Source: Candidatus Peribacteraceae bacterium (lineage in GTDB: Bacteria > Patescibacteriota > Gracilibacteria > Peribacterales > Peribacteraceae). From it: 63,164 bases of DNA. Under the pieces are notes generated by a model that saw only the letters and a program-made list of their open reading frames with translations, did not search any database and was not told the DNA's origin. The first letter of the stretch is position 1; each line of letters opens with the position of its first letter. Positions 44,814-52,778 of the stretch are shown piece after piece. The translations under genes were made by a program, and so were the position numbers. The stretch lies in the NCBI GenBank assembly GCA_018062585.1, contig JAGORY010000001.1, positions 1 to 63,164 on the forward strand, in the 5' to 3' direction.

Positions 44814-45359
44814 ATGAAATACCCTCATTCATTTCCTTTCGTCACTGGAATCCTCCTCGTACTTTCTGCAACTTCGATTACCTCACTCCAGGCAAGCGAC
44901 ATGCTTTCCTCTGAAGGAGAAACTATGTCATCAGAATCATCACTGTCATCGTCAGACTCATCGTCATCAGAATCATCACTGTCGTCGTCAGATTGTAGTG
45001 GCGATCAAAAATGTAAACCTGAAACTCAACCACTGGGCGATAAAATGAAATGTCCGGAAGGATTCACTCCGTACATTTTCACAGAGAGCGTTGGTCCAAG
45101 TTCCGAAAAAAGGTGCGGTAGATGTGTTGGTGGCGAGTCCTGCAAAAAAGAAGGTAAAGAGTGTATGTTTGAAGCGGTCAAGAAAGAGCTAGCGGGTGTT
45201 AAATATGTTGAGGCAGTGTGTTCTTGTGAGACCCCAGAGTCTTCTTCTAGCTCTATCAGCTCTGATAGTTCAGATAGTTCCCCTAGCTCTACCAGCTCTG
45301 ATAGTTCAGATAGTTCCCCTAGCTCTACCAGCTCTGATAGTTCTATGAGTTTTAATTAG
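44814..45359 (+). CDS. secreted Ser-rich, Cys-containing low-complexity protein
   Basis: The signal-like N-terminus is MKYPHSFPFVTGILLVLSATSITSLQA. Serine-codon tandem repeats lie at 44928-44992 and 45258-45345. TAAGAT at 44772-44777 favours this start over 44778. Confidence 0.5.
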   Translation: MKYPHSFPFVTGILLVLSATSITSLQASDMLSSEGETMSSESSLSSSDSSSSESSLSSSDCSGDQKCKPETQPLGDKMKCPEGFTPYIFTESVGPSSEKRCGRCVGGESCKKEGKECMFEAVKKELAGVKYVEAVCSCETPESSSSSISSDSSDSSPSSTSSDSSDSSPSSTSSDSSMSFN

Positions 45360-45520
45360 TACTGAAGAAATTGGTTTGCAATTACCCAGCGAGCACATAA
45401 TTATATTTGCACGTTGGGTTTTAATAAACATATATTATTAGACACGTCACTTTACCAAACTCACCTTTTCCGACGGGAACATTGTTGCTTATCGAGCAAA
45501 CTCTATCATTAATTGTTTAA

Positions 45521-45570
45521 TGGCTCCCCGACTTGGATTCGAACCAAGAACCCTCTCGTTAACAGCGAGA
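45521..45570 (-). repeat. 50-nt exact duplicate of the 3' part of tRNA-Asn (att-like direct repeat)
   Basis: Identical to 46530-46579, covering the anticodon arm through CCA. The flanks diverge immediately on both sides. Confidence 0.9.
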
Positions 45571-45876
45571 AGACTACGTAGGAGAGAAGAGAGGATAATA
45601 TTTCGCACCCCTCTTCTCGCAACTCTTCTGTGTTTCTTTTGCAAATTCAACCATTTCCGTCAGCGCATGAAATTTGCTCGCAACCGATGCATGTTTCATC
45701 AATCGAAGATGTTCTTTTTCAAAGCCCGATGTACGGTTCTTATGTGCCTTCATGAGCCTTCCAATTCTAGAAGTGCTACGACATCTTGCACGTCGTGCAG
45801 AGAATTCCGCTTCCCGAGGTGAAATGAAACCAACGGACTTGACATGTACACGTGCCCATATGTGTATACTTCCTCT

Positions 45877-46365
45877 ATGGAATCCTATAAAGATGTCTTT
45901 CAGAAGCTGGATGAAGCAAAGATTGACTATATCATCGTCGGAGGAGTTGCGATGAATTTGCTTGGTTGTCCTCGTTTCACGAATGATATTGATATTCTTT
46001 TGGCACTGGACGAGAAGAATGTGCAGGCAATGAAGCATGTCATGCAAGAATTGGGGTACGAGCAAAGAATCCCTCTGGCAATAGAAGAGTTGGGTGATGA
46101 GAAAAAGGCAAAGAAGTTTGTAGAGGAAAAGAACTTGCTCGCATACACATACTACAACGCTCTGGAACCGCTCTACTCTCTTGATATCATCGTTGATGCA
46201 TCTCTGCGCTTTTCCGAATATAAGAAGAATGTCGTCCACAAAAAAGTGTGGGGCCTGTCTTTACCGGTCGTCTCCATTGATGACTTGATCGGCCTCAAGC
46301 AGGAAACTCAGAGAGAAAAAGATGCTTTGGACGTTGCCATGCTGCTAGAATACAAAGGCCTATGA
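45877..46365 (+). CDS. minimal nucleotidyltransferase-fold protein
   Basis: The NTase signature is IIVGGVAMNLLGCPRFTNDIDILL (GG...D.D). The ORF begins at 45844; the likely start is MESYKD at 45877. Confidence 0.6.
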   Translation: MESYKDVFQKLDEAKIDYIIVGGVAMNLLGCPRFTNDIDILLALDEKNVQAMKHVMQELGYEQRIPLAIEELGDEKKAKKFVEEKNLLAYTYYNALEPLYSLDIIVDASLRFSEYKKNVVHKKVWGLSLPVVSIDDLIGLKQETQREKDALDVAMLLEYKGL

Positions 46366-46514
46366 AGGATTATCGTTCATCTGTCGATCGTGATCATTTG
46401 CGTCATATGAAGCATCATTCCACTGCGGAGCAGAGAATGAATTGGTGGTTGGATGCTTTGGCATTCGTGAAAGAGAGTCGGAAGAATTGGAAAAAACAGG
46501 AAAAACCGGAGTGA
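46362..46514 (+). CDS. 50-aa small protein translationally coupled (ATGA overlap) to the nucleotidyltransferase gene
   Basis: ATG 46362 overlaps TGA 46363-46365. Sequence: MKDYRSSVDRDHLRHMKHHSTAEQRMNWWLDALAFVKESRKNWKKQEKPE. It falls below the ORF-track length cutoff. Confidence 0.35.
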   Translation: MKDYRSSVDRDHLRHMKHHSTAEQRMNWWLDALAFVKESRKNWKKQEKPE

Positions 46515-46529
46515 GTGAATGGAAGAGTT

Positions 46530-46604
46530 TGGCTCCCCGACTTGGATTCGAACCAAGAACCCTCTCGTTAACAGCGAGATGCTCTACCGTTGAGCTATCG
46601 GGGA
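46530..46604 (-). tRNA. tRNA-Asn (anticodon GTT), CCA encoded
   Basis: A manual cloverleaf folds: TCCCCGA/TCGGGGA acceptor, GCTC/GAGC D stem, TCTCG-CTGTTAA-CGAGA anticodon arm, CTTGG-TTCGAAT-CCAAG T arm. Length is 75 nt. Confidence 0.9.
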
Positions 46605-46693
46605 ACAGAACGTGGTGAAGGAATGAACGAGCGGTAAATAACGCCCGCGAAGTATACGAACAATCCTCTGCTTACGGAAGGGGTGGTTTCGGG

Positions 46694-46699
46694 TATGCT
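46694..46699 (+). promoter_or_regulatory. -10-like TATGCT 7 nt upstream of the proS ATG 46707
   Basis: TATGCT ctgcgcc ATG, with no SD. Confidence 0.3.
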
Positions 46700-46706
46700 C
46701 TGCGCC

Positions 46707-48236
46707 ATGGCCAAACAATCCCTCACTCCGCGCGCGAATAACTTCCCTCAATGGTACCAAGACGCCATTGGGCGCGCTCCTGACCTGTATGACGAATCCC
46801 CTGTCACGGGCTGTATCACCTTCGGACCGCTTTCTACCAAATTGTGGAGCAATATCCGCAACTTCATGGATAAGCGCCTTAAAGCTCACGGAGTCGAGAA
46901 CCTCATGCTCCCGATGCTCATCCCTCAGAAGTTTTTCGAGCGCGAGAAAGAGCATGTGGAAGGCTTCGCACCGGAATGCGCGGTTGTCACCGAAGCCGGC
47001 GGTGCCAAACTCCCTGAACCGTACGCTATTCGACCCACCTCCGAAACGCTCTTCGTAGACTGGTATACACGTTCCGGCCGTGTCCAGAGCCACCGTGATC
47101 TTCCGCTGCTCGTGAACCAGTGGTGCTCAGTGATGCGCTGGGAAAAGCGCCCTCGCGCTTTCCTCCGCACGAGCGAATTTCATTGGCAAGAAGGCCACTG
47201 TCTTTTCCCCACCGAGCAATCGAACCGCGAGTTTGCGCTCACGATGCTCGACCTGTACGCAACCGTTGCGGAAGAACTCCTCGCCATTCCTGTCATCAGA
47301 GGTGAAAAGCCCGTCCATGAGCGGTTCCCCGGCGGCCTTGCTACCTACTCTATCGAGGGCCTCATGCAAGATGGCAAAGCACTGCAGATGGGAACGAGTC
47401 ACGTCCTCTCGCAGAATTTCCTTATGGGTTCGGATGGTAAACCGATGGTAAGTTTCCTTGATGAAAATGAGAAACAGACAGTCCCCCACTACCAGTCTTG
47501 GGGCGCATCGACACGTCTACTTGGCGCCATCTTCATGACCCACGGCGATGACGACGGTATCGTCCTGCCTCCGAGAGTTGCACCCGTACAGGTCGCGGTC
47601 CTGCCAGTTCCCGGAAAGGATGCGGCAGAAAACGAGAATGTCCTGAAGGCAGCACGCGATCTTGCAACGACGATCAGCGGCAGCAAAGATTTGTACGCTG
47701 TGCACGGACGCAAGAACGGTTTTGAAGAGACATCAGGAGAACTGACAGTTCGTATCGATTGCCGCGACACTCGCCTCGGCGACAAGACATTCCACCAGAT
47801 CCACATGGGCACGCCGATTCGCATCGAGATCGGCGCTCGCGATCTTGCCGAACAATCCTGCATGATCAAAAGCCGTATCCGCTCACGCGATGATGCCGTG
47901 AAAGCGCCACTCTCGAAAGCACCCGAGATCGTGAAGAAAATGCTCGAAGAAGATCAAGCGACACTCTTCAAGCGCGCACTCGAGATGCGGACGAAGAAGA
48001 CAGTGGAAGCCACAACCTACGACGAGGTGAAAGCCGCTCTGGAAGCCGGAAACTGGGCCTTGATCCCGTGGGACGGTACGAACGAAACTGTCGCTAAACT
48101 GAAGCAGGAAACGTCCGGTGGCACGTACCGCTGTTTCGCATTTGATGCAAAGGAAGACGCCAATGGGCTCATCGATCCCGTGTCTGGCAAGCCGAGCGCA
48201 TTCGCCAAAAAGATCTACGTTGCGAAAGCGTACTAA
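46707..48236 (+). CDS. proS: proline--tRNA ligase (archaeal/eukaryote-like type)
   Basis: MAKQSLTPRANNFPQWYQDAI... plus class II motifs. The ORF-track start at 46683 is GTG. Confidence 0.95.
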   Translation: MAKQSLTPRANNFPQWYQDAIGRAPDLYDESPVTGCITFGPLSTKLWSNIRNFMDKRLKAHGVENLMLPMLIPQKFFEREKEHVEGFAPECAVVTEAGGAKLPEPYAIRPTSETLFVDWYTRSGRVQSHRDLPLLVNQWCSVMRWEKRPRAFLRTSEFHWQEGHCLFPTEQSNREFALTMLDLYATVAEELLAIPVIRGEKPVHERFPGGLATYSIEGLMQDGKALQMGTSHVLSQNFLMGSDGKPMVSFLDENEKQTVPHYQSWGASTRLLGAIFMTHGDDDGIVLPPRVAPVQVAVLPVPGKDAAENENVLKAARDLATTISGSKDLYAVHGRKNGFEETSGELTVRIDCRDTRLGDKTFHQIHMGTPIRIEIGARDLAEQSCMIKSRIRSRDDAVKAPLSKAPEIVKKMLEEDQATLFKRALEMRTKKTVEATTYDEVKAALEAGNWALIPWDGTNETVAKLKQETSGGTYRCFAFDAKEDANGLIDPVSGKPSAFAKKIYVAKAY

Positions 48237-48237
48237 C

Positions 48238-49269
48238 GTGGACTTTGAAGCGCTGCTTCAGGCGTACGATTACGAGTTCCCACCGGAGCTTCTTGCAAAA
48301 GAACCGGTGAGCCCACGCGATAGCGCGCGCCTTCTAGTCTATGACCGAAAGAAAGATTCAGTCGTCTTCGATACGTTTTCAAGCATCACGGACTACCTGC
48401 CCAAAAATGCGTTGCTCGTCATGAACCGGACCAAAGTGATCCCCGCAAAAATGACGCTCACGAAAAGGACCGGTGGCAAAGTCTCGGCGCTTGTGATCAG
48501 TCGCGACGAAAAAAATATCACGACGCTGGCATCTGGGAGTTTTAGTGCCGGTGATATTCTTGAGTGGCAGAGCGGTCACTCGTTTCAGGTCATCAGTCGT
48601 ATCGATCAGGAAGCGGTGCTGCAACCGTGCTTCGATATTGTTGAACTCGATGCACTGCTCGATACCTTTGGAGAGACTCCGCTACCGCCGTACATGAAAG
48701 ACTCGCCACTCACTGAAGAAAAACGCCGGACGGAGTACCAGACAGTTTTTGCCTTAGAAAAGGGTTCGGTCGCGGCACCAACAGCTGGTCTGCACTTCAC
48801 CGAAGGATTGATCACAAAAATTATACAGTCCGGTAGATCAATTTCATACCTGTCGCTGCATGTAGGGCTCGGTACGTTTGCACCTCTCACGAAATTACAG
48901 GTCGAAAAAGGCGCTTTGCACCACGAATCGTACTCAATCGACGCTGAGACGGCTGATTTACTCAATACCGCCAAAGCCGAAGGTCGACCGATCATCGCTG
49001 TCGGCACCACAAGCGTACGCACGCTGGAATCCGCCGCTATGAATGGAAGACTCTCGAAACTTCAGGGATCGACCGATCTTTTCATCACCGAAAACTCACA
49101 GCTCCATTTCGTCGATCATCTGATCACTAACTTCCACGTCCCACGCTCTAGCCTCCTTATGCTTGTCTCGGCGTTCACCGGCAGAGAGAAGCTGCTCTCG
49201 ATCTACGATCAGGCTATCAAGGAGCAGATGAGACTGTTTTCATTCGGGGACGGCATGTTGATCCTCTGA
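48238..49269 (+). CDS. queA: S-adenosylmethionine:tRNA ribosyltransferase-isomerase
   Basis: YDYEFPPELLAKEPVSPRDSARLLV, TAGLHFT and GTTSVRTLES. The GTG start lies 1 nt after the proS stop. The upstream part of ORF 48118.. overlaps proS. Confidence 0.9.
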   Translation: MDFEALLQAYDYEFPPELLAKEPVSPRDSARLLVYDRKKDSVVFDTFSSITDYLPKNALLVMNRTKVIPAKMTLTKRTGGKVSALVISRDEKNITTLASGSFSAGDILEWQSGHSFQVISRIDQEAVLQPCFDIVELDALLDTFGETPLPPYMKDSPLTEEKRRTEYQTVFALEKGSVAAPTAGLHFTEGLITKIIQSGRSISYLSLHVGLGTFAPLTKLQVEKGALHHESYSIDAETADLLNTAKAEGRPIIAVGTTSVRTLESAAMNGRLSKLQGSTDLFITENSQLHFVDHLITNFHVPRSSLLMLVSAFTGREKLLSIYDQAIKEQMRLFSFGDGMLIL

Positions 49270-49292
49270 TTGTCTGCTAGGATGCCTCGGCA

Positions 49293-50387
49293 ATGTCTCT
49301 CAAAATCGGAATCGTAGGGTTGCCCAACGTCGGTAAATCGACGCTGTTCAATGCACTTACCCGCAGCCATGGCGCTCAAGCCGCCAACTATCCGTTCTGC
49401 ACTATCGAGCCCAACGTCGGCATCGTGGAAGTTCCCGATGAACGGCTCACGAAACTTGCCGAATTGATCACTCCTGAAAAAACCGTGCCAGCTATCGTTG
49501 AATTCGTTGATATCGCCGGACTCGTGAAAGGAGCGTCCAAAGGCGAGGGCCTCGGCAACGCGTTCTTGAGCCATATCCGTGAAGTAGACGCCATCTGTCA
49601 CGTCGTGCGCATCTTCGGAGGCGGGGACGTTATCCACGTCGAAGGATCGGTAGACCCCAAGCGCGACCGCGAGATCATCGAAGCCGAGCTCATTATTTCG
49701 GACCTCGACAAGATCACGAAGAAAATGGACAAGATGCAGGGCGGCGCAAGGTCCGGCAATAAAGAACAGACGAAAGAACTCGACGTGCTCACGAAGATCA
49801 AAGCGGCGCTCGATACCGGACGCTTTGCTTCGACCGTGCAGCTCGATAAAGAAGAGATGCCGTATCTCAGGGCATCGGAACTTCTCACCTCAAAGAAGAT
49901 GATCTTTGCCCTCAACACCGACGAACAGTCGATGGCCTCTATGCCGCTAGCAGAAGCCAAGAGCAAGGCTGGCCTCTCGGATCAGGACACCGCAATCATC
50001 GTGTCAGCAAAACTGGAAGAAGAGCTCATCGCGCTCTCGCCGGAGGAAGGTGCGGCGATGATGAAAGAACTCGGCATCCAGAGTTCGGGCTTGGACCGCT
50101 TGATCCGCGCCGCCTACGAAGCGCTCAATCTGCAAACGTACTTCACTGCCGGCGTGAAAGAAGTGCGCGCATGGACCGTTCGTATCGGAGCAACTGCACC
50201 GGAAGCAGCTGGGGTCATCCACACTGATTTCGAAAAAGGTTTCATCCGCGCCGAGACGATTTCATACGCTGATTTTGTGACGGCAGGATCGGAACTGAAA
50301 GCCAAAGAAGCCGGAAAAATGCGAACCGAAGGAAAAGAGTACGTCGTGAGTGATGGAGACGTCATGCATTTCCGGTTCAATGTGTAA
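49293..50387 (+). CDS. ychF: ribosome-binding ATPase YchF
   Basis: [28 protein letters not shown] and a TGS-like C-terminus [11 protein letters not shown]. Confidence 0.95.
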   Translation: MSLKIGIVGLPNVGKSTLFNALTRSHGAQAANYPFCTIEPNVGIVEVPDERLTKLAELITPEKTVPAIVEFVDIAGLVKGASKGEGLGNAFLSHIREVDAICHVVRIFGGGDVIHVEGSVDPKRDREIIEAELIISDLDKITKKMDKMQGGARSGNKEQTKELDVLTKIKAALDTGRFASTVQLDKEEMPYLRASELLTSKKMIFALNTDEQSMASMPLAEAKSKAGLSDQDTAIIVSAKLEEELIALSPEEGAAMMKELGIQSSGLDRLIRAAYEALNLQTYFTAGVKEVRAWTVRIGATAPEAAGVIHTDFEKGFIRAETISYADFVTAGSELKAKEAGKMRTEGKEYVVSDGDVMHFRFNV

Positions 50388-50471
50388 TCAGACAAGAAAA
50401 AGTTGATTTGCGCTTCTTGCGGACATCGCGGGCGGGAATATACTTCATCTCCTCCCTCCCCCCTTGGACAT

Positions 50472-51356
50472 ATGAAAGCTGCCGTCACTCTGCTTACAGG
50501 TGCCTATCTCCTGAGCTCTGTTGCTCCGGCCTTCGCAGCAGTTGTTCCGCTCGAAACAGAAGCCTACAGCGTCGCTTTGGAATACGCCCAAGAACAGGGC
50601 GTCCTGGAGCCACTTCCCGACGGGCTGATGCACAGCGACATGCCGATTTCTCGGCGTGATCTTGTGACAAGCATTGTTCGTGACGTGTACAAAAATGATA
50701 TCCGTCCGGACTGCTTCGATCGCATTTCGTCGAATCTGCCGGCACGCTTCACGAACCTGTTCACGGATGTCTCACTCTCCAACTCCTCGGCCAAAGAAAT
50801 CTGTGTCGGTATGTTCGTCGGCCTCGTCGAGGGTCAGCCCGATGGCTCGTTTGGCGCTCAGGCAACGGCAAACCTCGTGGATGTCGCCAAAGTCGTCACG
50901 AAGGCCTACGGCATCGCCCCTCTACCGAACCTCAGGCCACAGTCCCGCGTCCCGTGGCATGAGCCGTACTGGTTCGCTCTCGCCAAAAGGAACGCCATCC
51001 CAGAAACCGTAAAGAGCAGAGACTCAACACTCACCCGTGGAGAATTCGCGGAGATCATCTATCGCCTGCGTGATGAGCGTCCGACGCAAGGCTTCCGCTA
51101 CCAGCCCACGATGGCAAAGACCATCGCGCAGGCTGACAGCAAAACAGAGGTCACCGATTCGTTCAGCTACCCGACCGTCACCGTGAGGGATTCGGTTGTC
51201 GTCTCCACCGATGTCCGAAATTTAAGTAGCGGCCTTCTCCTTCAAATGCGCACTGAAGAGCGACGTCTAACACGACTTGAAGCTCTGTATTCATCGGAAA
51301 CCACTGTGAGGAAATCTGCGATTCAGCCGCTCCCAGACTCGTTAAATCTGTACTGA
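50472..51356 (+). CDS. secreted SLH-module protein
   Basis: Signal peptide MKAAVTLLTGAYLLSSVAPAFA. SLH-like FTDVSLSNSSAKEICVGMFVGLVEGQPDGSF and LTRGEFAEIIYRL. Confidence 0.6.
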   Translation: MKAAVTLLTGAYLLSSVAPAFAAVVPLETEAYSVALEYAQEQGVLEPLPDGLMHSDMPISRRDLVTSIVRDVYKNDIRPDCFDRISSNLPARFTNLFTDVSLSNSSAKEICVGMFVGLVEGQPDGSFGAQATANLVDVAKVVTKAYGIAPLPNLRPQSRVPWHEPYWFALAKRNAIPETVKSRDSTLTRGEFAEIIYRLRDERPTQGFRYQPTMAKTIAQADSKTEVTDSFSYPTVTVRDSVVVSTDVRNLSSGLLLQMRTEERRLTRLEALYSSETTVRKSAIQPLPDSLNLY

Positions 51357-51402
51357 TGCGTCAGTACTTGCGTGCGAGGTAGCGGAGTGACACGATAGCG
51401 AC

Positions 51403-51789
51403 ATGTCCCACAACTCCCCCACCTCAGACCCCTTTGACGCGGCAGAAATCGACGAATGGACGCCTCACCGTAGCCGAAATCCGGACAAGGCCCTCAAGCT
51501 CGAACAATCGATCGTACGTCAGCTTGGTGGTGGAGCGGAAATCGCGGATGTACGCACCAAGATCCTGAAGCGCTTTAGACAAAGCAATGTGTTCGACGCA
51601 AACGGTACCTACACGGACCTTCAATTGCGACTTGGCGTTCAGCCGAAGCGCGAGAAAATCCCTGCAAGCTCCACCGAAGACAACGGCGAGGAGCAGATAA
51701 AGCGTTCCGATGATCTGATGGATAGCATCGATAAAACCTACGGTACGTTCACGACAGATCAACTGCGCCCGTCTGTGCAAGTCGCATGA
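51403..51789 (+). CDS. hypothetical protein
   Basis: A 128-aa ORF with an ATGA overlap onto the next gene. Confidence 0.45.
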   Translation: MSHNSPTSDPFDAAEIDEWTPHRSRNPDKALKLEQSIVRQLGGGAEIADVRTKILKRFRQSNVFDANGTYTDLQLRLGVQPKREKIPASSTEDNGEEQIKRSDDLMDSIDKTYGTFTTDQLRPSVQVA

Positions 51790-52085
51790 GCTTTGTTCCC
51801 CGCGAAGAACCTTTCGTTTGTGAACACTGCAGTCTTGCGGTAGCGCCTTTGGGCAAAGGAACCTACCGCGACCACTGTCCGGCGTGCCTGTACTCCAAAC
51901 ATGTCGATAGAGACGGGCCAGGTGACAGACTTTCGGCATGCAAAGGTCTCCTGAAACCTATCGCCATCGACCAAGACGGCAAGAAAGGAATGGTGATCGT
52001 CTACGAATGCGAGAAGTGTAGGAAAAGCTCAAGAAATAGGGCTGCGCCGGATGACAAGATCATAGAATTCATGCGCTCTCTCTAA
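51786..52085 (+). CDS. RNHCP domain protein (Zn-ribbon-like)
   Basis: FVCEHCSLAV...YRDHCPACLYSKHVD...YECEKC. Confidence 0.6.
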   Translation: MSFVPREEPFVCEHCSLAVAPLGKGTYRDHCPACLYSKHVDRDGPGDRLSACKGLLKPIAIDQDGKKGMVIVYECEKCRKSSRNRAAPDDKIIEFMRSL

Positions 52086-52266
52086 GAGTTAAGAATTCTT
52101 ATAGTACCTTTTTGTATATATTTGTTGTTCAGTGTATTCGTTGTACAATAGGGCTTGATTTGATCTAGTGAAAATCTTTGTAAGATTCCACAGAGACTAT
52201 TACAGTCCACAGTCTCATGCGTTTCCTGTTTTTACTGTCTCTCATCGGCTGTCTCTTTATCTCACT

Positions 52267-52731
52267 CTAGTCTCCTTGTCTTGGGAGCAGGAATGACGAA
52301 AGAATTTGCTGCTGCAATGCGGACTTTAGCGCTAGGGTTTCAGAAACATTTCCAGAGGGTGCGCTTTCAGTGGGCTTTTGAGTGGGCTTGATTGCGAGCT
52401 TCGGCTGACCTTTCGCCTTTTCGATGACAGTCACCGTAAATAGCCCCTTGGAAATTGCCTCGCTCGACATCTTTCCCTCGAAAGCTGCATCCATCCCCTG
52501 CTCGGCAACGAATGCGCGTACCGCTTCCTTGGCTTTTTCTTGGGCCTTAGGCTCGGACTCCAGCGTGAGCCGTGCTTCTGCGAATTCAGCATTCTTCTCC
52601 ATCTCGCGCTCTAGGTCCTCAGGGCCCTTCACTTTCTCCCGAAGCCGCTCGTATTCTTCGGGACTGCGCATGCGCTTTCGGATCTTCTCCTGTTCCCGCG
52701 AAGGCAGTCGGTCCATGAACGAATCTGACAT
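52267..52731 (-). CDS. hypothetical Glu/Lys-rich protein downstream of nrdJ
   Basis: A 154-aa ORF, co-directional with nrdJ and separated from it by a 47-nt gap. No motif recognised. Confidence 0.5.
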   Translation of the reverse strand: MSDSFMDRLPSREQEKIRKRMRSPEEYERLREKVKGPEDLEREMEKNAEFAEARLTLESEPKAQEKAKEAVRAFVAEQGMDAAFEGKMSSEAISKGLFTVTVIEKAKGQPKLAIKPTQKPTESAPSGNVSETLALKSALQQQILSSFLLPRQGD

Positions 52732-52778
52732 AGCTGCATCCTACGTTCCAAGATCATGGTTTGCTAGCGCGGTCTTGC

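Larger units (their letters stand above)
45521..46604. mobile_element. degenerate tRNA-Asn-associated mini-island (~1 kb) bounded by 50-nt direct repeats
   Basis: An intact tRNA-Asn sits at one end and a partial tRNA copy at the other. The AT-rich interior carries a 2-gene cassette. No integrase is present. Confidence 0.45.

Noticed and set aside
44928-45345. Tandem repeats as a possible CRISPR array or minisatellite
   Set aside because: The repeats are in-frame serine-codon units inside a coding region, with no repeat-spacer architecture. No CRISPR array was seen anywhere in the window.
45574-46239. 221-aa minus-strand ORF, and the idea that its 3' tail (45574-45843) is an integrase remnant
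   Set aside because: Most of it overlaps the plus-strand NTase gene, which has a clear GG...D.D motif. The tail (…EHLRLMKHASVASKFHALTEMV…) only vaguely recalls the HxLRH box of tyrosine recombinases and cannot be supported by eye.
52217-52270. 17-aa hydrophobic ORF MRFLFLLSLIGCLFISL (lipobox-like LIGC) in the AT-rich convergent spacer
   Set aside because: It is too short, overlaps the stop of the 52267 gene, and has no promoter or other support. It could be a truncated lipoprotein signal or chance.
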